A DNA stretch of 64,000 nt, taken from NCBI GenBank assembly GCA_036785375.1, contig JAWMAR010000328.1:558001-622000 (forward strand), given 5' to 3'. The position numbers and the translations under genes were made by a program. This document shows positions 26,236 to 39,457 of this stretch, piece after piece. Source of the stretch: Leucoraja ocellata. Taxonomy: Eukaryota. Under the pieces are notes generated by a model, which was not told the DNA's origin, made no database searches, and worked only from the letters and a program-made list of their open reading frames with translations. Within the stretch, counting starts at the first letter, position 1. Each line of letters starts with the position of its first letter.

Positions 26236-26365
26236 CAGTCTGAAGAAGGGTCTTGTCCCAAAACGTCACCTATCCCTTTCCTTCAAAGATGCTGCCTGTC
26301 CCGCTGAGTTGCTCCAGCGTTTTGTGTCTATCTTCAGTTTAAACCAGCATCTGCAGTTCCTCCAT
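26236..26365 (+). mobile_element. Penelope-derived short repeat with degenerate hammerhead-like core
   Basis: CAGTCTGAAGAAGGGTCTTGTCCCAAAACGTCACC...GATGCTGCCTG...CCAGCATCTGCAGTTCC. Confidence 0.65.
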
Positions 26366-28679
26366 ATACAACTGTTTTCTCAGTGTCAGCAGCTGGTGTC
26401 TGTAATTTGGCAATTGTGCTCAAGTTCAGCCTCTATCTGCATCACATATTTAAAATAGGAATCTGCAGCTTAACACTTCCTGCTGCTTCCCAATCTTTAC
26501 ACCTTCCAGGAAGACAGTTTTCCCTCCCTTAAGAACATTGTTGGGTTGTTATTTTATTACAATTGATCAATTTCAGGATCATTGGTATGGCTATCTACGA
26601 TTGCTTCTCAAATAGTTCCACATCTTTTGACAACCAAGCTGTTTTGATTAATTTTGATTTACGTTCTAATATAGAAGGTATGGACAATGGTGTATTGTTT
26701 CACCCAATTTCTATATATTTGTTAAAATATCAAATACCTCAAATTCTCCATGTACTGGGTAAAATAGAAATTTTGTACCAACAGAATTGTTATCAATTTG
26801 TTTATGCAGGTCCATAACTGTTGGTGAATAATCACTGTGCTGCATTTCAAAGCCGTGGATATTTGTCAGCTCGGAATTTGCCCTGCTCTTTGATTATCCT
26901 CCTGATTTCATGGAATAGGACATCAGGCTCTATTTGTGGTACCATCTGACAGCCTTAATCATCGCCATTCTTTAGCTGCATCAGCTGCATTAACTTCTCT
27001 GCAGTATAGCTGTGATAAATGAATACCATTAGTCATTGCAACATCAGAGGAGTCTCGTTGCTTTTTGAGAGAGATTGTATTATCGCCTGTTAGGCTTTAG
27101 TTAACTCAGTAAGTTGATTGATTGCATTTTTAAACCAACTCAAAGGAGCAGGAAATATTTCCCAAGTAAACTTCAGCTAAATGTTGCTAGCTTCAGAATA
27201 ACTGAAATTATACAGGATTGATTTAAAACCACATTGGGAAAAAATAGAACATTTAACAAAGAACATTGAAAAGATGAAAACTAGATGCTGATGAGGTAAA
27301 TGTGAGCTGTTATTTGCCTGGTTTACTATGCAAGTTTATAATGGTTAATTATCATGTACTGGTTAAGGACAAAAGGTGCAGGAGTTGTGTGTATGAATGG
27401 TGAAGTATGGAAGGACCAAACTCATGATTATACATTATGAATTAGATTACGGAATGTTTTTTATTATGACCACGTCTGCTTGCAATGTAGACAGATTTGG
27501 TGAATGGTTAAGAATGCAGAGAAATGTAAGGATATTCATTTTGGATTCTTTAAATTCAAACTGGAATATTCTTGCCAGGACATAGGAGAAGCCCCGTGCT
27601 CCTCTTAATATCATCTGATCAGATCTTTTAAATCCAATGCATACAATACATAGGTCTTAGACTATTTTCAACAGGGTAATATCTGATTTTCTTTGACAAG
27701 CAAGGTAATGATAGCATTTACAAGACATTTGGACAGGTTCATGGATAGGAAAGGTTGAGAGGGATATGGGTCAAAGACAGGCAAATGGGACTAGTTTAAA
27801 TGGGCATCTTGGGCAGCATTTTCAAGTTGGTGCTGTATGACTCCATGACTCTAAGGTGGGATTCTTGCATTCCAAGACATTCATGGAACGGTGAACAATA
27901 TTGGTAGATGTGAGCAAGGATTAACAATGTTTTATGTTCTACTTAAAATTCTGTTACTGGTCATTTATTCCAAGGACCCTGGTAATATAAGTACCATTTG
28001 TTTAGGGGAGTAATGAAAAATGATCTTATTCTGGCGGTCAGTGACTTTTACCAAAGTCATTATTAGTTAGCATCATTAATGGTTTCCTACAGATATGCAT
28101 CACTTTACAAAGAATGTAGAAAATGTCCAGACCACAAGAGAGATGAATAATTGCAATTGTCCCTTTGTTTATAGTGTTTAAAACAACCATGAAATGATAA
28201 TAAATCATTGTAGAATGAATACAGAATAGCAACATTTTTCAAAGGCTGAATATTTTCCTGAACAATTATGAATTTCATCATCTGTAGGAAGGAACTGTAG
28301 ATGCTGGTTTACACCAAAGATGGGCACAACATGTTGGAGTAACTCAACAGGACAGGCAGGATCTCTGGAGAGAAGGACTCTCACTGAGTTACTTCAGCAT
28401 TTTGTGTCTACCTTACATTCTGTATTTTTCTATAACTCTTCTTGATTATGTATTTCATTCAAGTCTCTACCAGATTCAGATTCAATTTTAATTGTCATTG
28501 TCAGTGTACAGTACAGAGACAACGAAATGCATTCGTTGAGCATACCAGCTGGTATGACTGCTGTCCCACAGTGCCAGATTATTATCAACCCAGTCTGAAG
28601 AAGGGTTTCGACCCAAAACATCACCCATTCCTTCTCCCCAGAGATGCTGCCTGACACAGCATTTTGTGTCTATTATAAA

Positions 28680-28938
28680 CCCAGGTTTGATTCTTGGGTG
28701 CTGTATATGTGGAGTTTGCATGTTCTCTATTAAATCACATGAGTTTCTTCCAGGTGCTCTGGTTTCCTCCCACATCCCAAAGTTGTGCAGATTTGTAGGT
28801 TAATTGGCCTCTACAAATTACCCATGGTGTGTAGGGAGTGGATGCAAAGCTGGGATAACATAGAACTAGTGTGGATCAATGGGGTGCATGGTGGGCTGAA
28901 GGGCCTGTTCCCGCTGTGTCCATCAATCAATCAATCAA
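28680..28938 (+). mobile_element. HE1/V-SINE-type SINE, 5'-truncated
   Basis: GGAGTTTGCATGTTCTC...GGTTTCCTCCCACATCCCAAAG body; (TCAA)n tail. Confidence 0.7.
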
Positions 28939-29309
28939 ACATTGTCTGAATACATTTTTGTTCCTGAGCATTGGTTTCAGTCTTCAATGGTAGCAACATA
29001 AACAGTTGCAGAATAGGAGTATTGTACTGAGAACCAACATTCACAAAGTAAAACTACAGATTGCAATATAATTGCATTGTCATATTTGACAATACCAATG
29101 AAGAAGGATGTGCGTTTGATTAAAGTTGCTATAACATTTACTTTAGGTTTTTATTCAAAATTACATCAGCAGGTGATTCCAGGAGCTCATTTGTATATTT
29201 TAGGACCTGAATCTTAATATTTTTCTAATTAAAATGGCACTCATTTCACACTTTGTCGAGTTATCAGTTTTTACTTTTGGAACAATCATTGTTAACCTGA
29301 TTCTGGTGC

Positions 29310-29762
29310 TATGGTAGGTGATCTGCAGTAGGAGCTCCCTTGCCTGGGAACAGTCCAACCACGGCCTGCGGACTTACCATCAAGAACTCGCAGTCTCGGG
29401 AGAGGCTAGTCGGGAGCTCCGACGAATGCATAGGCTCGACCAGCCCCGTGGCAGGGTCCGATCGCCCGGCGCAGGGGAGCTGACATCCCCCCGATGCAGG
29501 AACTGGATCGCCCCGACACGATGGGCCCAAAACGCCGCCGGCTACGGGAGTGAAGATCATCCCATCCACGGAGGGCTCGAGGCCCCCCGACTGCCTTCCA
29601 TCACAGTGAGGAATGTGAAGTCCCTGTGGTGGATGTTTATGTTAAAATGTGTTTTGTGTGTTCTGTTGCATTTTATTTGTATGACTGTCTTGGCAAATGA
29701 AATTCCTCGTATGTTGCAAAACATACTTGGCTAATAAAGTATTATTGTGATTGTGATTGTGA
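29310..29762 (+). mobile_element. Non-autonomous GC-rich retroelement with LINE-like tail (shares a core with 61550-62228)
   Basis: Shared TGCCTTCCATCACAGTGAGGAATGTG...GTGGATGTTTATGTTAA core; hairpin + AATAAA + (TTGTGA)n end. Confidence 0.55.
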
Positions 29763-30131
29763 TATGAAGAAAGTGACTGCCTGATTTAGTTTTCGTGGTT
29801 TTGGCATTGTTGGCTCAGCCAGCATTTATTGTCTGTCCATCTAGTCTTCAGAACAGAAGTGATACAGTGTGGAAACAGGCCCTTTGACCCAACTTGCACA
29901 CAGGCCAACATGTCCCAGCTACTGTACACTAGACCCACAAAGCTTTATGGCAATCTGATTGTTCAGCAGTTATCATCACCTAGACTTTTTTTTGTTGGAG
30001 TCATAGTCATTGAGTGATACAGTGTGAAATCAGACCCTTCGGCCCAACTTGTCCACACAAGCCAACAATGTCCCAGCTACACCAGTCCTGCCTGCCCTCG
30101 TTTGGTCCATATCCCTCCAAACCTGTTGTTG

Positions 30132-31240
30132 TAAACATAGAAAATAGGTGCAGGAGAAGGCCATTCGGCCCTGTGAGCCAACACCGCCAATCATTTTGAT
30201 CATGGCTGATCGTCCCCAATCAATAACCCGTGCCTGCCTTCTCCCCATATCCCTTGATTCCAATAGCCCCTAGAGCTCTATCTAACTCTCTTAAATCAAT
30301 CCAGTGACGGCCTCCACTGCCCTCTGTGGCAGGGAATTCCACAAATTCCCAACTCATTGGATGAAAATATTTTTTCTCACCTCAGTCTTAAATGGCTTCC
30401 CCTTTATTCTAAGACTGTGGCCCCTGGTTCTGGACTCGCCCAACATTGATAACATTTTTCCTGCATCTAGCTTGGCCAGTCCTTTTATAATTTTATATGT
30501 TTCTATAAGATAACCCCTCATCCTTCTAAACTCCAGTGAATACAAGCCTAGTCTTTTCAATCTTTCCTCATATGACAGTCCCGCCATCCCAGGGATCAAT
30601 CTTGTGAACTTACGCTGCACTGCCTCAATCACAAGGATGTCCTTCCTCAAATTCGGAGACCAAAACTGGACACAATACTCCAGATGGGGTCTCACCAGAG
30701 TCCTATACAACTGCAGAAGAACCTCTTTACTCCTATACTGAAATCCTCTTGTTATGAAGGCCAACATTCCATTAGCTTTCTTCACTGCCTGCTGAACCTG
30801 AATTTGTGTGGACAAATAAATTGAATCTTGAATTGAATCTTGAATCTTGAACCTGCACGCCAACTTTCAGTGACTGGTATACAAGGACACCCAGGTCTCG
30901 CTGCACCTCCCCCTTGCCTAACCTAACCCCATTGAGATAATAATCTTCCCCCTTATTTTTGTCGCGTAAGTGGATAACCTCACATCTATATTATACTGCA
31001 TCTGCCACGCACCTGCCCACTCACTCAACCTGTCCAGGTCACCCTGCAACCTCCGAACATCCTCTTCACAGTTCACACTGCCAGCCAGCTTTGAGTCATC
31101 CACAAACTTGCTGGTGTTGCTCCTAATTCCCTCTTCCAAATCATTAATATAGAAGGTAAACAGTTGCGGCCCCAACACCGAGCCTTGCGGCACTCCACTC
31201 GCCACTGCCTGCCATTCTGAAAAGGACCCGTTCACTCCTA
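30132..31240 (-). mobile_element. 5'-truncated CR1 LINE (RT domain to 3' UTR)
   Basis: SGVPQGSVLGPQLFTFYINDL...SKFVDDSKL...LQGDLDRL...[15 protein letters not shown]; interrupted near 30800-30850 by a short tail-like insert. Confidence 0.9.
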
Positions 31241-32977
31241 CTCCAGATTGAATTTAAATTCTGCTGCCTTCTGGATTTGGCAGTGGTGCACTGGGCAAAC
31301 TGCCTCACAGAATGTGAGCGAGCATTCTGAAACTGTGCCAACAGTGATCACCTGAAACAACACTTGTATTGTTTGGCCACTCTGGAGGAGTGCCAGTTAA
31401 AGTGTTTACTAGAGGTTTGTAGAAGTTTGCTGCATGATGTACTGTGCCCCCCGTTCTGAGGCAATAATTCTTACTACCATGATGGAGTTCTATGAAGAAT
31501 ACCATCAAATCCAAGCCAAATTTGTCAATGAAATTATGCTGCATTGCAAACAAAAATCAACACCTTATTCTCATGCAGTTTATTGGAACTTGCCCCCTGT
31601 GTACCATCGTCTGGTTCAGATGCCTGCATTGAGGCAATAAGCAATGAGGTCACAACACCACAATGTATGGGAGGGTGAAGTGAAGCAAATGAAGATTTGA
31701 TATGAGTTATTGTTGGCATGAGTATTTGTGTCTCATGGTAGGAATTGACATTGGGAGATGCCACACCTGACCTTGACCATATATGAGATCATTAGACCTT
31801 GCAACACTGAACTGGGACATCTGCTCCTATTGCTTGCTAGTGGGTATCTGGGTATTCTGCCTAATGGTGGATTTCTCTTCTGCTCTGCATCCTCTCTAAC
31901 AAGGGCATAAATGGTGTCTCAAAATGTCACCCACTCTCTCCCATGATCTCTGATTCTTCACAGTTTCCCTGGCCATCCATTTCCTACAGCATCTGCTCCA
32001 GACAGATAGCATCTTGCCTTTTGAGTGATGCAGGTTAAGTGTAAGCAGTGCAGACAAATGCCTCTTCCTGCTTTGAGAAGGACACATTTAGTAATTTCTG
32101 TAACAGGCTATGACAGACATTAAATTGTAAACCTTTTTCAATTCTTGGAAGCTGCTTTAAAATATTAAATCATGTCATTCATAAAACAACTATTGCAGCC
32201 AGTTCTCTAACAGTGATGATTTAGAATATGGCAAGGCTATCTGCCCCAACAGTTAACATTGACTGGCCTTCAATTCTTATTCTTCTCAGACACTCACTCA
32301 ATAATTTCTCACTATTTTCTATACCAAGGCAGTTGTACAAGACAGATAACCTCATGTCTACGATGACATTCCTTATTACCGTAGTGAAATGTTTTCTCAT
32401 CTGACTTGAGAGACAGTAAAAACCTAACAATCTGTCAAAATATGGTACATAATATTTAATAAGACCATTTGTTCATTTTCCACGCACCAAAGGAATGACA
32501 TATTCTTCTCTTCGTCTTGATTTTGATAGTTGTACAGGAAATATTTTCTCTCCTATTTAAAATTCTGAGTTAAAATTTACTAAGTACCAAATAGGAACAA
32601 TAGTCATTGATGGAAACCTACCCTAGCCTAATATGGAAAATAATAAAAAAATAATGTGGAACATTGGCAACTTATTAATTACCACTGCAAGACTGCACTG
32701 TTCATATTTAAAAATGCATTTGAAAGCAAGCATGTTGCTTATTTTTTGTGATCCATTCAATAAGACTCTATAGTTCACATGACAGCATATAGCTGTTTTT
32801 TACATGATTCCAGCAATCAATTTCTACATAATTGTCATAAAATGTGTGTCTATCTTTTGTATGGAGCAGAAATTCAGTCATAAGTTTGCTTTCGACTAGT
32901 TTCAACTTGCTCGTACCATCATCTCCCATTAACTTGGTTTAATATGAAGTTAATGTGAATTTCAAAACTACTGTGGT

Positions 32978-33303
32978 AAACATAGAAACATAGAAAATAG
33001 GTGCTGGAGTAGGCCATTCGGCCCTTCGAGCTTGCACCACCATTCAATATGATCATGGCTGATCATCCAACTCAGTATCCTGTACCTGCCTTCTCTCCAT
33101 ACCCCCTGATACCTTTAGCCACAAGGGCCACATCCAACTCCCTCTTAAATATAGCCAATGAACTGGCCTCAACTACCTTCTGTGGCAGAGAATTCCAGAG
33201 ATTCACCACTCTCTGTGTGAAAAATGTTATTCTCATCTCGGTCCTAAAAGATTTCCCCCTTATCCTTAAACTGTGATCCCTTGTTCTGGACTTCCCCAAC
33301 ATC
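32978..33303 (-). mobile_element. CR1 LINE 3' end
   Basis: LGKSRTRDHSLRIRGKSFRTEMRITFFTQRVVNLWNSLP; near-identical to 4690-5003. Confidence 0.9.
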
Positions 33304-33374
33304 TGGGCCTGACATAGAGGTGTTACTGTAGATCACCTGTCTGCTAAACCCATTCTTTAAAGATACTTGAGACT

Positions 33375-33733
33375 TAAGTTACACCGCGGAAACAGGCCCT
33401 TTGGCCCACCAAGTACATGCCGACCAGTGATCTCCCCATACACTAATACAATACTATACACTAGGGGCAATTTTACAATCTAAGCCAATTAACCTACAAC
33501 CCGATAAGTCAGCATATAACAAAAGCTTTTCACTGTACGTCGGTACAGGTGACAATGAACTAAACTGAACTGAACATCTTTGGAGCTTGGGAGGAAATCG
33601 GAGCACTCGGAGAAAACCCATGCAGTCACAGAAAGAAAATACAACTCCGTACAGACAGCACCTGTAGTCACGATTGAACCTGGGACTCCGGCACTGTAAG
33701 GCAACAACTCTACTGCTGCGCCAGCGTGCCGCC
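33375..33733 (-). mobile_element. HE1/V-SINE-type SINE with an internal short insertion
   Basis: Minus strand GGGGCGGCACGCTGGCGCAGCAGTAGAGTTG (A-box-like), CAGGTTCAATC (B-box-like), CR1-derived tail. Confidence 0.8.
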
Positions 33734-34194
33734 CCAAACCATTCATACCTGGACCAGATCGCAGGAATAAGTGTGGCATGTGAAAACTTCCACAAATAAG
33801 GGGTGACAAAGCCCTGTTTAGCATAGGGCTTTTAAGTTCCAACGCCAAGCACCATGAAAAATGCATTGACGCCTCTCTTCCAGGCTTACTGGCTGGCAAA
33901 ACCATCAAAGAAATTGCATGTTTGTAAATTTATTTGACATAGACAAATAATCAAAAAATTAAATCAAAAATAAAATGTAAATGTTAATTCTCCCTCATAG
34001 CTGATCTCTGTCCAAATGGAGCGCCTTGGTGCCACTAGTGCCATTGACTAGTGCCATGTTGGCAGTTGTATCATTCAATAGCAAAGCACAGCACAGCGGT
34101 ACCCCCAGCGGGATGCTGTGTGGAAACTCGTATTGCATGGGCTGAACATTCTTGTCATGACCCCCACCCTCTATCTACTACACATTATCTTAAA

Positions 34195-34445
34195 CATTTT
34201 CACGCAGAGAGTTGTGAATCTGTGGAATTCTCTGCCTCAGAAGGCAGTGGAGACCAATTCTCTGGATGCTTTCAAGAGAGAGTTAGATAGAGCTCTTAAA
34301 GATAGCGGAGTCAGGGGATATGGTGAGAAGGCAGGAACGGGATACTGATTGGGGATGATCAGCCATGATCACAGTGAATGGCGGTTCTGGCTCGAACGGC
34401 CGAATGGCCTACTCCTGCACCTATTGTCTATTATCTATTGTCTAT
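34195..34445 (+). mobile_element. CR1 LINE 3' end
   Basis: FTQRVVNLWNSLPQKAVE...GYGEKAGTGY*; (CTATTGT)n tail. Confidence 0.88.
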
Positions 34446-35904
34446 TCCAATTATGGAGATTGTCATCATTTAACTATTCAATCCCAATGCAAGTACTGTA
34501 AAAGATGCAAGTAAGACTGTGAATATTAAATTAAAAGTATCATCAAACTTATCCTGAGCAATTTGACTCTGTGAATAATTGCCCTATAATATTTAAGAAG
34601 CATAGTTATAGACAGTTATGCCTAACTGCACCAGTTAATAATAGCAATTTTTTGCATCTGCTGTACAATAAAATACTTTTATTAACTGCAGTACTTTAGT
34701 GATGGTTGGAATATTTCAAGCATTAGATGCAGCCCGCTAATAGATCTTCATTATTTTGTTCCTTTTGTTGTGAAATGTTCCTTGAATCAAAGCAATCAGC
34801 AATGGATGCTCTTGACATATAAAACGTGCTTTTGTTCTTCTGTTTATCTTCAAAATCACTATTTCTTAAGCAATGGAAGTTGATGGTTGTGCATGGTGAT
34901 TTATTGCAGCGGGGGTATGAAATCCAAGTAAAGCCTCCTCACACTGCAAGATGAATAAACATTCCAATTCCAGGAGACAATCCAATTAGGGCTCTAGATG
35001 AGCCTTTCATCTTCATTTTCCTTCTGGTTTTCATGCTTACAAAGTACATCTGACTGCCAGAGAAGGCAACCATCGCCAGACGTTTATCTGCATCTGAAAG
35101 TTTCACTTTCTGCAGATTGGACATCAAATCAATTTGTTTCGGAAAATAATTCACTATCTCCAATTAAATATAATCCTATCAATTAAGAAATCATTTGCTA
35201 TTTCTTATGGGCAAGTAATTTTCACCCACCGTGTAACAGTACATTGAAATATTTGCCAAAATCCACAGAGTATATGTAAATTGATAAAATCAGATTCTAG
35301 CTACATTGAAATTGTAGCTAAATTGAATTTTGTTCATTTGCGTGATAAATTTAATTGCAGACATATGCAGGTCTTGTCTGCCAGTGCTAACATACTGTCC
35401 ATAATAAGTTTCTACTGGTATCTTTGATGAGAATTGCATAAACATGACACATTCTCATTTACAGCAAGCAAAAGACCTACCATAGGAAATCTATTGTTAA
35501 AGCTATAAAAGCCTTTGTTTAAAGAGAAAATTACTCTTCTAGAAAAATCAATTTTTCAACGTAAGCACCAACAAGTAAAATGTTGAAAACATCAGGGTGG
35601 TGGTCAACTGGACATGATGTGGAACTACTGTACCTGTTTACACAGTGTTGTGAGCAATCTGCTACCAAAGAGAAAATGTAAACTCTTTTGATCTCACTGG
35701 CTATCATTAATGTTGCCACATTCTGTTTTATATTTTTATAGCTATTTGTTTTTATGTTTTCTTCCACCTGCTCTCTTCGAAGATGGGATTCTAAGAAAAA
35801 TATATATAAATTTGATTTATCTGATGTTATTGGTTTGACATTTGTTCCACTTAGCAGCATCTGGTTTCTCAATGGAAATGATTAGGCCAGGACTGCAATG
35901 ATTA

Positions 35905-36106
35905 GGAAGGAATTGCAGTTTAAACAGACGATAGGCACAAAATGCTGGAGTAACTCAGCGGGTCAGGCAGCATCTTTGGAGAAAAGTAATAGGTGACGTT
36001 TCGGACAGAGTCTGAAGAAGGATCTCAACCTGAAACGTCACCTATTTCCTTTCTCCAGAGATGCTGCCTGACTCGTTGAGTTCCTCCAGCTTTTTATGTC
36101 TATCTT
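35905..36106. mobile_element. Penelope-derived fold-back repeat with hammerhead-like core (36012-36039)
   Basis: Imperfect inverted arms at about 35931-36002 and 36032-36106 around CTGAAGAAGGATCTCAACCTGAAACGTC. Confidence 0.7.
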
Positions 36107-36159
36107 TTTCAAAGGGCTACAATCCTGCTTTACACTATAAGATATCAAAACTGGCTACA

Positions 36160-36725
36160 TCTTCCCATCTCGTCCCATTTCAGGTTTCCGCAGAGACCGC
36201 TCCCTCCATAACTCCCTGGCCAATTTGTCCCTTCCCACCCAAATCACCCCCTCCCCTGGTACTTTCCCTTGCAACCGCAGGAAATGCTACACTTGTCGCT
36301 TTACCTCCCCCCTTGACTCCATCCAAGGACCTAAGCAGTCTTTCCAGGTGACGCAGAGGTTCACCTGCACCTCCTCCAAACTCATCTATTGCATCCGCTG
36401 CTCTAGGTGTCAACTGCTCTACATCGGTGAGACCAAGAGCAGGCTTGGTGATCACTTCACCCAACACCTTCGCACAATTCGCATTAACCAACCTGATCTC
36501 CCGGTGGCTCAGCTCATCAACTCCACCTCCCACTCCGAATCCGACCTTTCTGTACTGGGCCTCCTCCATGACCAGAGTGAGTCCCACCGCAAATTGGAGG
36601 AGCAGCACCTCATATTTTGCTTGGGTCATTCACACCCCAGCTGTATGAACATTGACTTCTCCAATTTCAGGCACTTCTTGCTTTCTCCCTCCTTCCCCTC
36701 CCCTTCCCAGCTCTCCCACAGCCCA
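36160..36725 (+). mobile_element. Penelope-like element fragment encoding a GIY-YIG endonuclease
   Basis: PGTFPCNRRKCYTC...FTCTSSKLIYCIRCSRCQLLYIGETKSRL...H...RKLEEQHLIF...MNIDFSNF; Cys-rich linker plus IY..YIG motif typical of PLE endonuclease. Confidence 0.9.
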
Positions 36726-36984
36726 CTGTCTCCGCTGAAAAATGCTGGAAATAGTCAGCAGGTCATGCCACATCTGTGCGGAGAGACACAGATGTAACGT
36801 CTCATGTTGAAGACCCTTCATTAAAACTGTTCTGGTGAAGGTCTTTGACCTGAAATATTGAAATGTTAGCTCTATTTTTCTTCCCACAGATGCAGCCTAT
36901 TCTGCTGAAAGCTTCAAGCATTTTCTGTTTTTTTTTAAATCTCTGCTTACAAAAGACCAGCTAATCATTTATACAATTACTCCG

Positions 36985-37450
36985 AGGATAGACACAAAAT
37001 GCTGGAGTAACTCAATGGGTCAGGCAGCACCTTGGGAGAGAAGGAATGGGTGACGTTTCGAGTCGGGACCCTTCTTCAGACTTAAAGTAAGAGGAGAGGG
37101 AGACATAGAGATATGGAAGGGTACGGTGTGAAACTGAGAGATCAAAGGGGACGAAGGTAAAGAAAAATGTAGAATGGATTATTGTTAGCTGAGGGGAAGG
37201 TGACAACGAGGCTTACAATCAGAAACATTTAATCAGGAAGATAGTGAAATGAGTCGGAGAGCTAAGATGGGGGAGGGGATGGAGAGGGAGGGAAAGCAAG
37301 GGTTACTTGAAGTTAGAGGTCAATATTCATACCGCTGGGCAGTAAGATGTCCAAGCGAATTATGAGGTGCTGTTCCTCCAATTTGCGTTGGGCCTCACTC
37401 TGAAGGCCCAGGATAGAAAGGTCAGTATGGGAATGGGAGGGAGAGTTACA
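36985..37450 (-). mobile_element. Penelope-like 3' end (endonuclease C-terminus + pLTR with hammerhead-like core 37052-37079)
   Basis: Minus strand QSEAQRKLEEQHLIIRL...GMNIDL; CTGAAGAAGGGTCCCGACTCGAAACGTC. Confidence 0.8.
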
Positions 37451-37592
37451 TATGTATAGAAATTAAAATACACATTTTTTTTTTTTAAACCTTCGAACAG
37501 TGGAAATCTGAAATAAAACAGTAAATGCTGAAAAGACCCAACAAGCCAGGCTGCACCTGTGGAGGGAAAAACAGCTAATGTTTTCGGTCCAA

Positions 37593-38967
37593 GCCTCCCC
37601 AGCCTGCCTGAATGACTACCGTCCGGTGGCCCTTACCTCGGTAGTCATGAAATGCTTTGAGAGGCTGGTGAAGAATCACATCTGCGCCTTCCTCCCTCGG
37701 AACATGGACCCGTTGCAGTTTGCATACCGTCCGAACAGGTCCACGGACGATGCGGTCTCCCAGGTCTTGCACACCGCTCTCTCCCATCTGGACAGCCAGA
37801 AGGGGGGCTACGTGAGGATGCTGTTCATAGACTACAGTTCAGCCTTCAACACGATAGTCCCCACCAGACTGGCCAGGAAGCTACTGGAATTGGGGCTCAA
37901 CACCTCCCTGTGTGCCTGAGTCCTGGACTTTCTCACCGCCAGGCCCCAGGTAGTCAAGATGGGAGGGAATACATCGAAGTCCCTCACCCTGAGCACAGGA
38001 TCGCCCCAGGGTTGCGTCCTCAGCCCCCTGTTGTACTCCCTGTACACACATGACTGTGTGGCTAGGTTCAGCTCCAATTCAATAATTAAGTTTGCTGATG
38101 ACACTGTGGTGGTGGGCCTGATCTCAGACAATGATGAGAGGGCCTACCGGGAGGAGGTGGCTGATCTAGCACTCTGGTGCCAGGAGAACAGTCCCCTCTT
38201 GAACATCAAAAAAACGAAGGAGCTGATCATGGACTTTAGGAGGGCACATCATCCGAGGACGTACACTCCATTGAGTATAAATGGGGATCCTGTGGATAGG
38301 GTGAACTGTTTTAAATATCTGGGAGTCCACATCTCTGAGGATATGACATGGTCATCACACGCCTCAGCACTGGTGAGTAAGGCAAGGCAGCGCCTTTACC
38401 ACCTCAGGCAATTGAGGAAATTCAGAGTGTCTCCGAGGATCCTCCAGTGCTTCTACGCAGCGGCGGTGGAAAGCATCTTGTCCGGGAACATTACCATCTG
38501 GTTCGGGAATTGCTCTGCCAAGGACAAGAAGGCTCTGCAGAGAGTAGTGCGTTCGGCCGAACGCACTATGGGAACTTCACTCACCCCCCTGCAGGAACTA
38601 TACAACAGGAGGTGCAACTCCAGAGCAAACAAAATCATGAGAGACCTCTTCCACCCCTGCAACGGACTGTTCCAGCCGCTACGGTCAGGCAAACGCCTCC
38701 GTTGCCACGCAGTGAGAACGGAGAGGTTGAGAAGGAGTTTCTTCCCAGAGGCAATTCGGACTGTAAACGCCTTTCTCACCAGGGACTAACTGTACAGAAC
38801 GTTTTTCCTTCTATTATTTATTATGTAAAATAATATGTGTGTTATGATTGTGTTTATAATTTGTTTGGTTGTTTTGTTGTTCCGCGAGCATTGCCACTTT
38901 CATTTCACTGCACATCTCGTATGTGTATGTGACAAATAAACTTGACTTGACTTGACTTGACTTGACT
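37593..38967 (+). mobile_element. Young 5'-truncated Rex1/Babar LINE; RT frame open except for one TGA (37917-37919)
   Basis: [23 protein letters not shown]...[11 protein letters not shown]...PQGCVLSPLLYSLYT...KFADDT...; AATAAA + (CTTGA)5 tail. Confidence 0.95.
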
Positions 38968-39270
38968 TTTTACACAGTGTACTGTGTGTATTCATGATAT
39001 GCTTTCCAATCCAGATGACAATGCACTTGTCTCATCCGTGCTGCTCCTGAACATGTCTTTGCTCTAATACAGCACGTTTTTCTTTGATTTGCTGCTTTAA
39101 CCTGATGCCCATCACGTTGATTGTCTTTCTCTATGAAATGTACTTGGGAGAACAATGGGAGTTGACAGACATTCACTGATCTGTGTGATCTGCCACACCT
39201 TTACGCTTATGTTACAATGAATTGTACTTATTCAAGCTCTTAACAGACCAAACAGCCTGATTAATCCTTT

Positions 39271-39457
39271 GGTACACAAAAATGCTGGAGAAACTCAGCG
39301 GGTGCAGCAGAATCTATGGAGCGAAGGAAATGGGCGACGTTTTGGGCCGAAACGTCGCCCATTTCCTTCGCTCCATAGATGCTGCTGCACCCGCTGAGTT
39401 TCTCCAGCATTTTTGTGTACCTTTGATCTTCCAGCATCTGCAGTTCCTTCTTGAACA
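39271..39457. mobile_element. Penelope-derived fold-back element (72-bp inverted arms) flanked by a 14-bp TSD
   Basis: Arms 39271-39342 and 39350-39421 match 71/72; left TSD CTGATTAATCCTTT (39257-39270); the right copy starts at 39458 and is split by the DIRS element. Confidence 0.85.

Noticed and set aside
31260-31900. Possible ancient transposase relic
   Set aside because: No convincing catalytic motifs in any frame.
32290-35800. Possible minus-strand micro-exons (about 32360-32405, 35040-35095, 35635-35660, 35768-35790) with AG/GT flanks
   Set aside because: Could not assemble a recognisable protein; such sites are expected by chance in AT-rich DNA. Needs RNA-seq.
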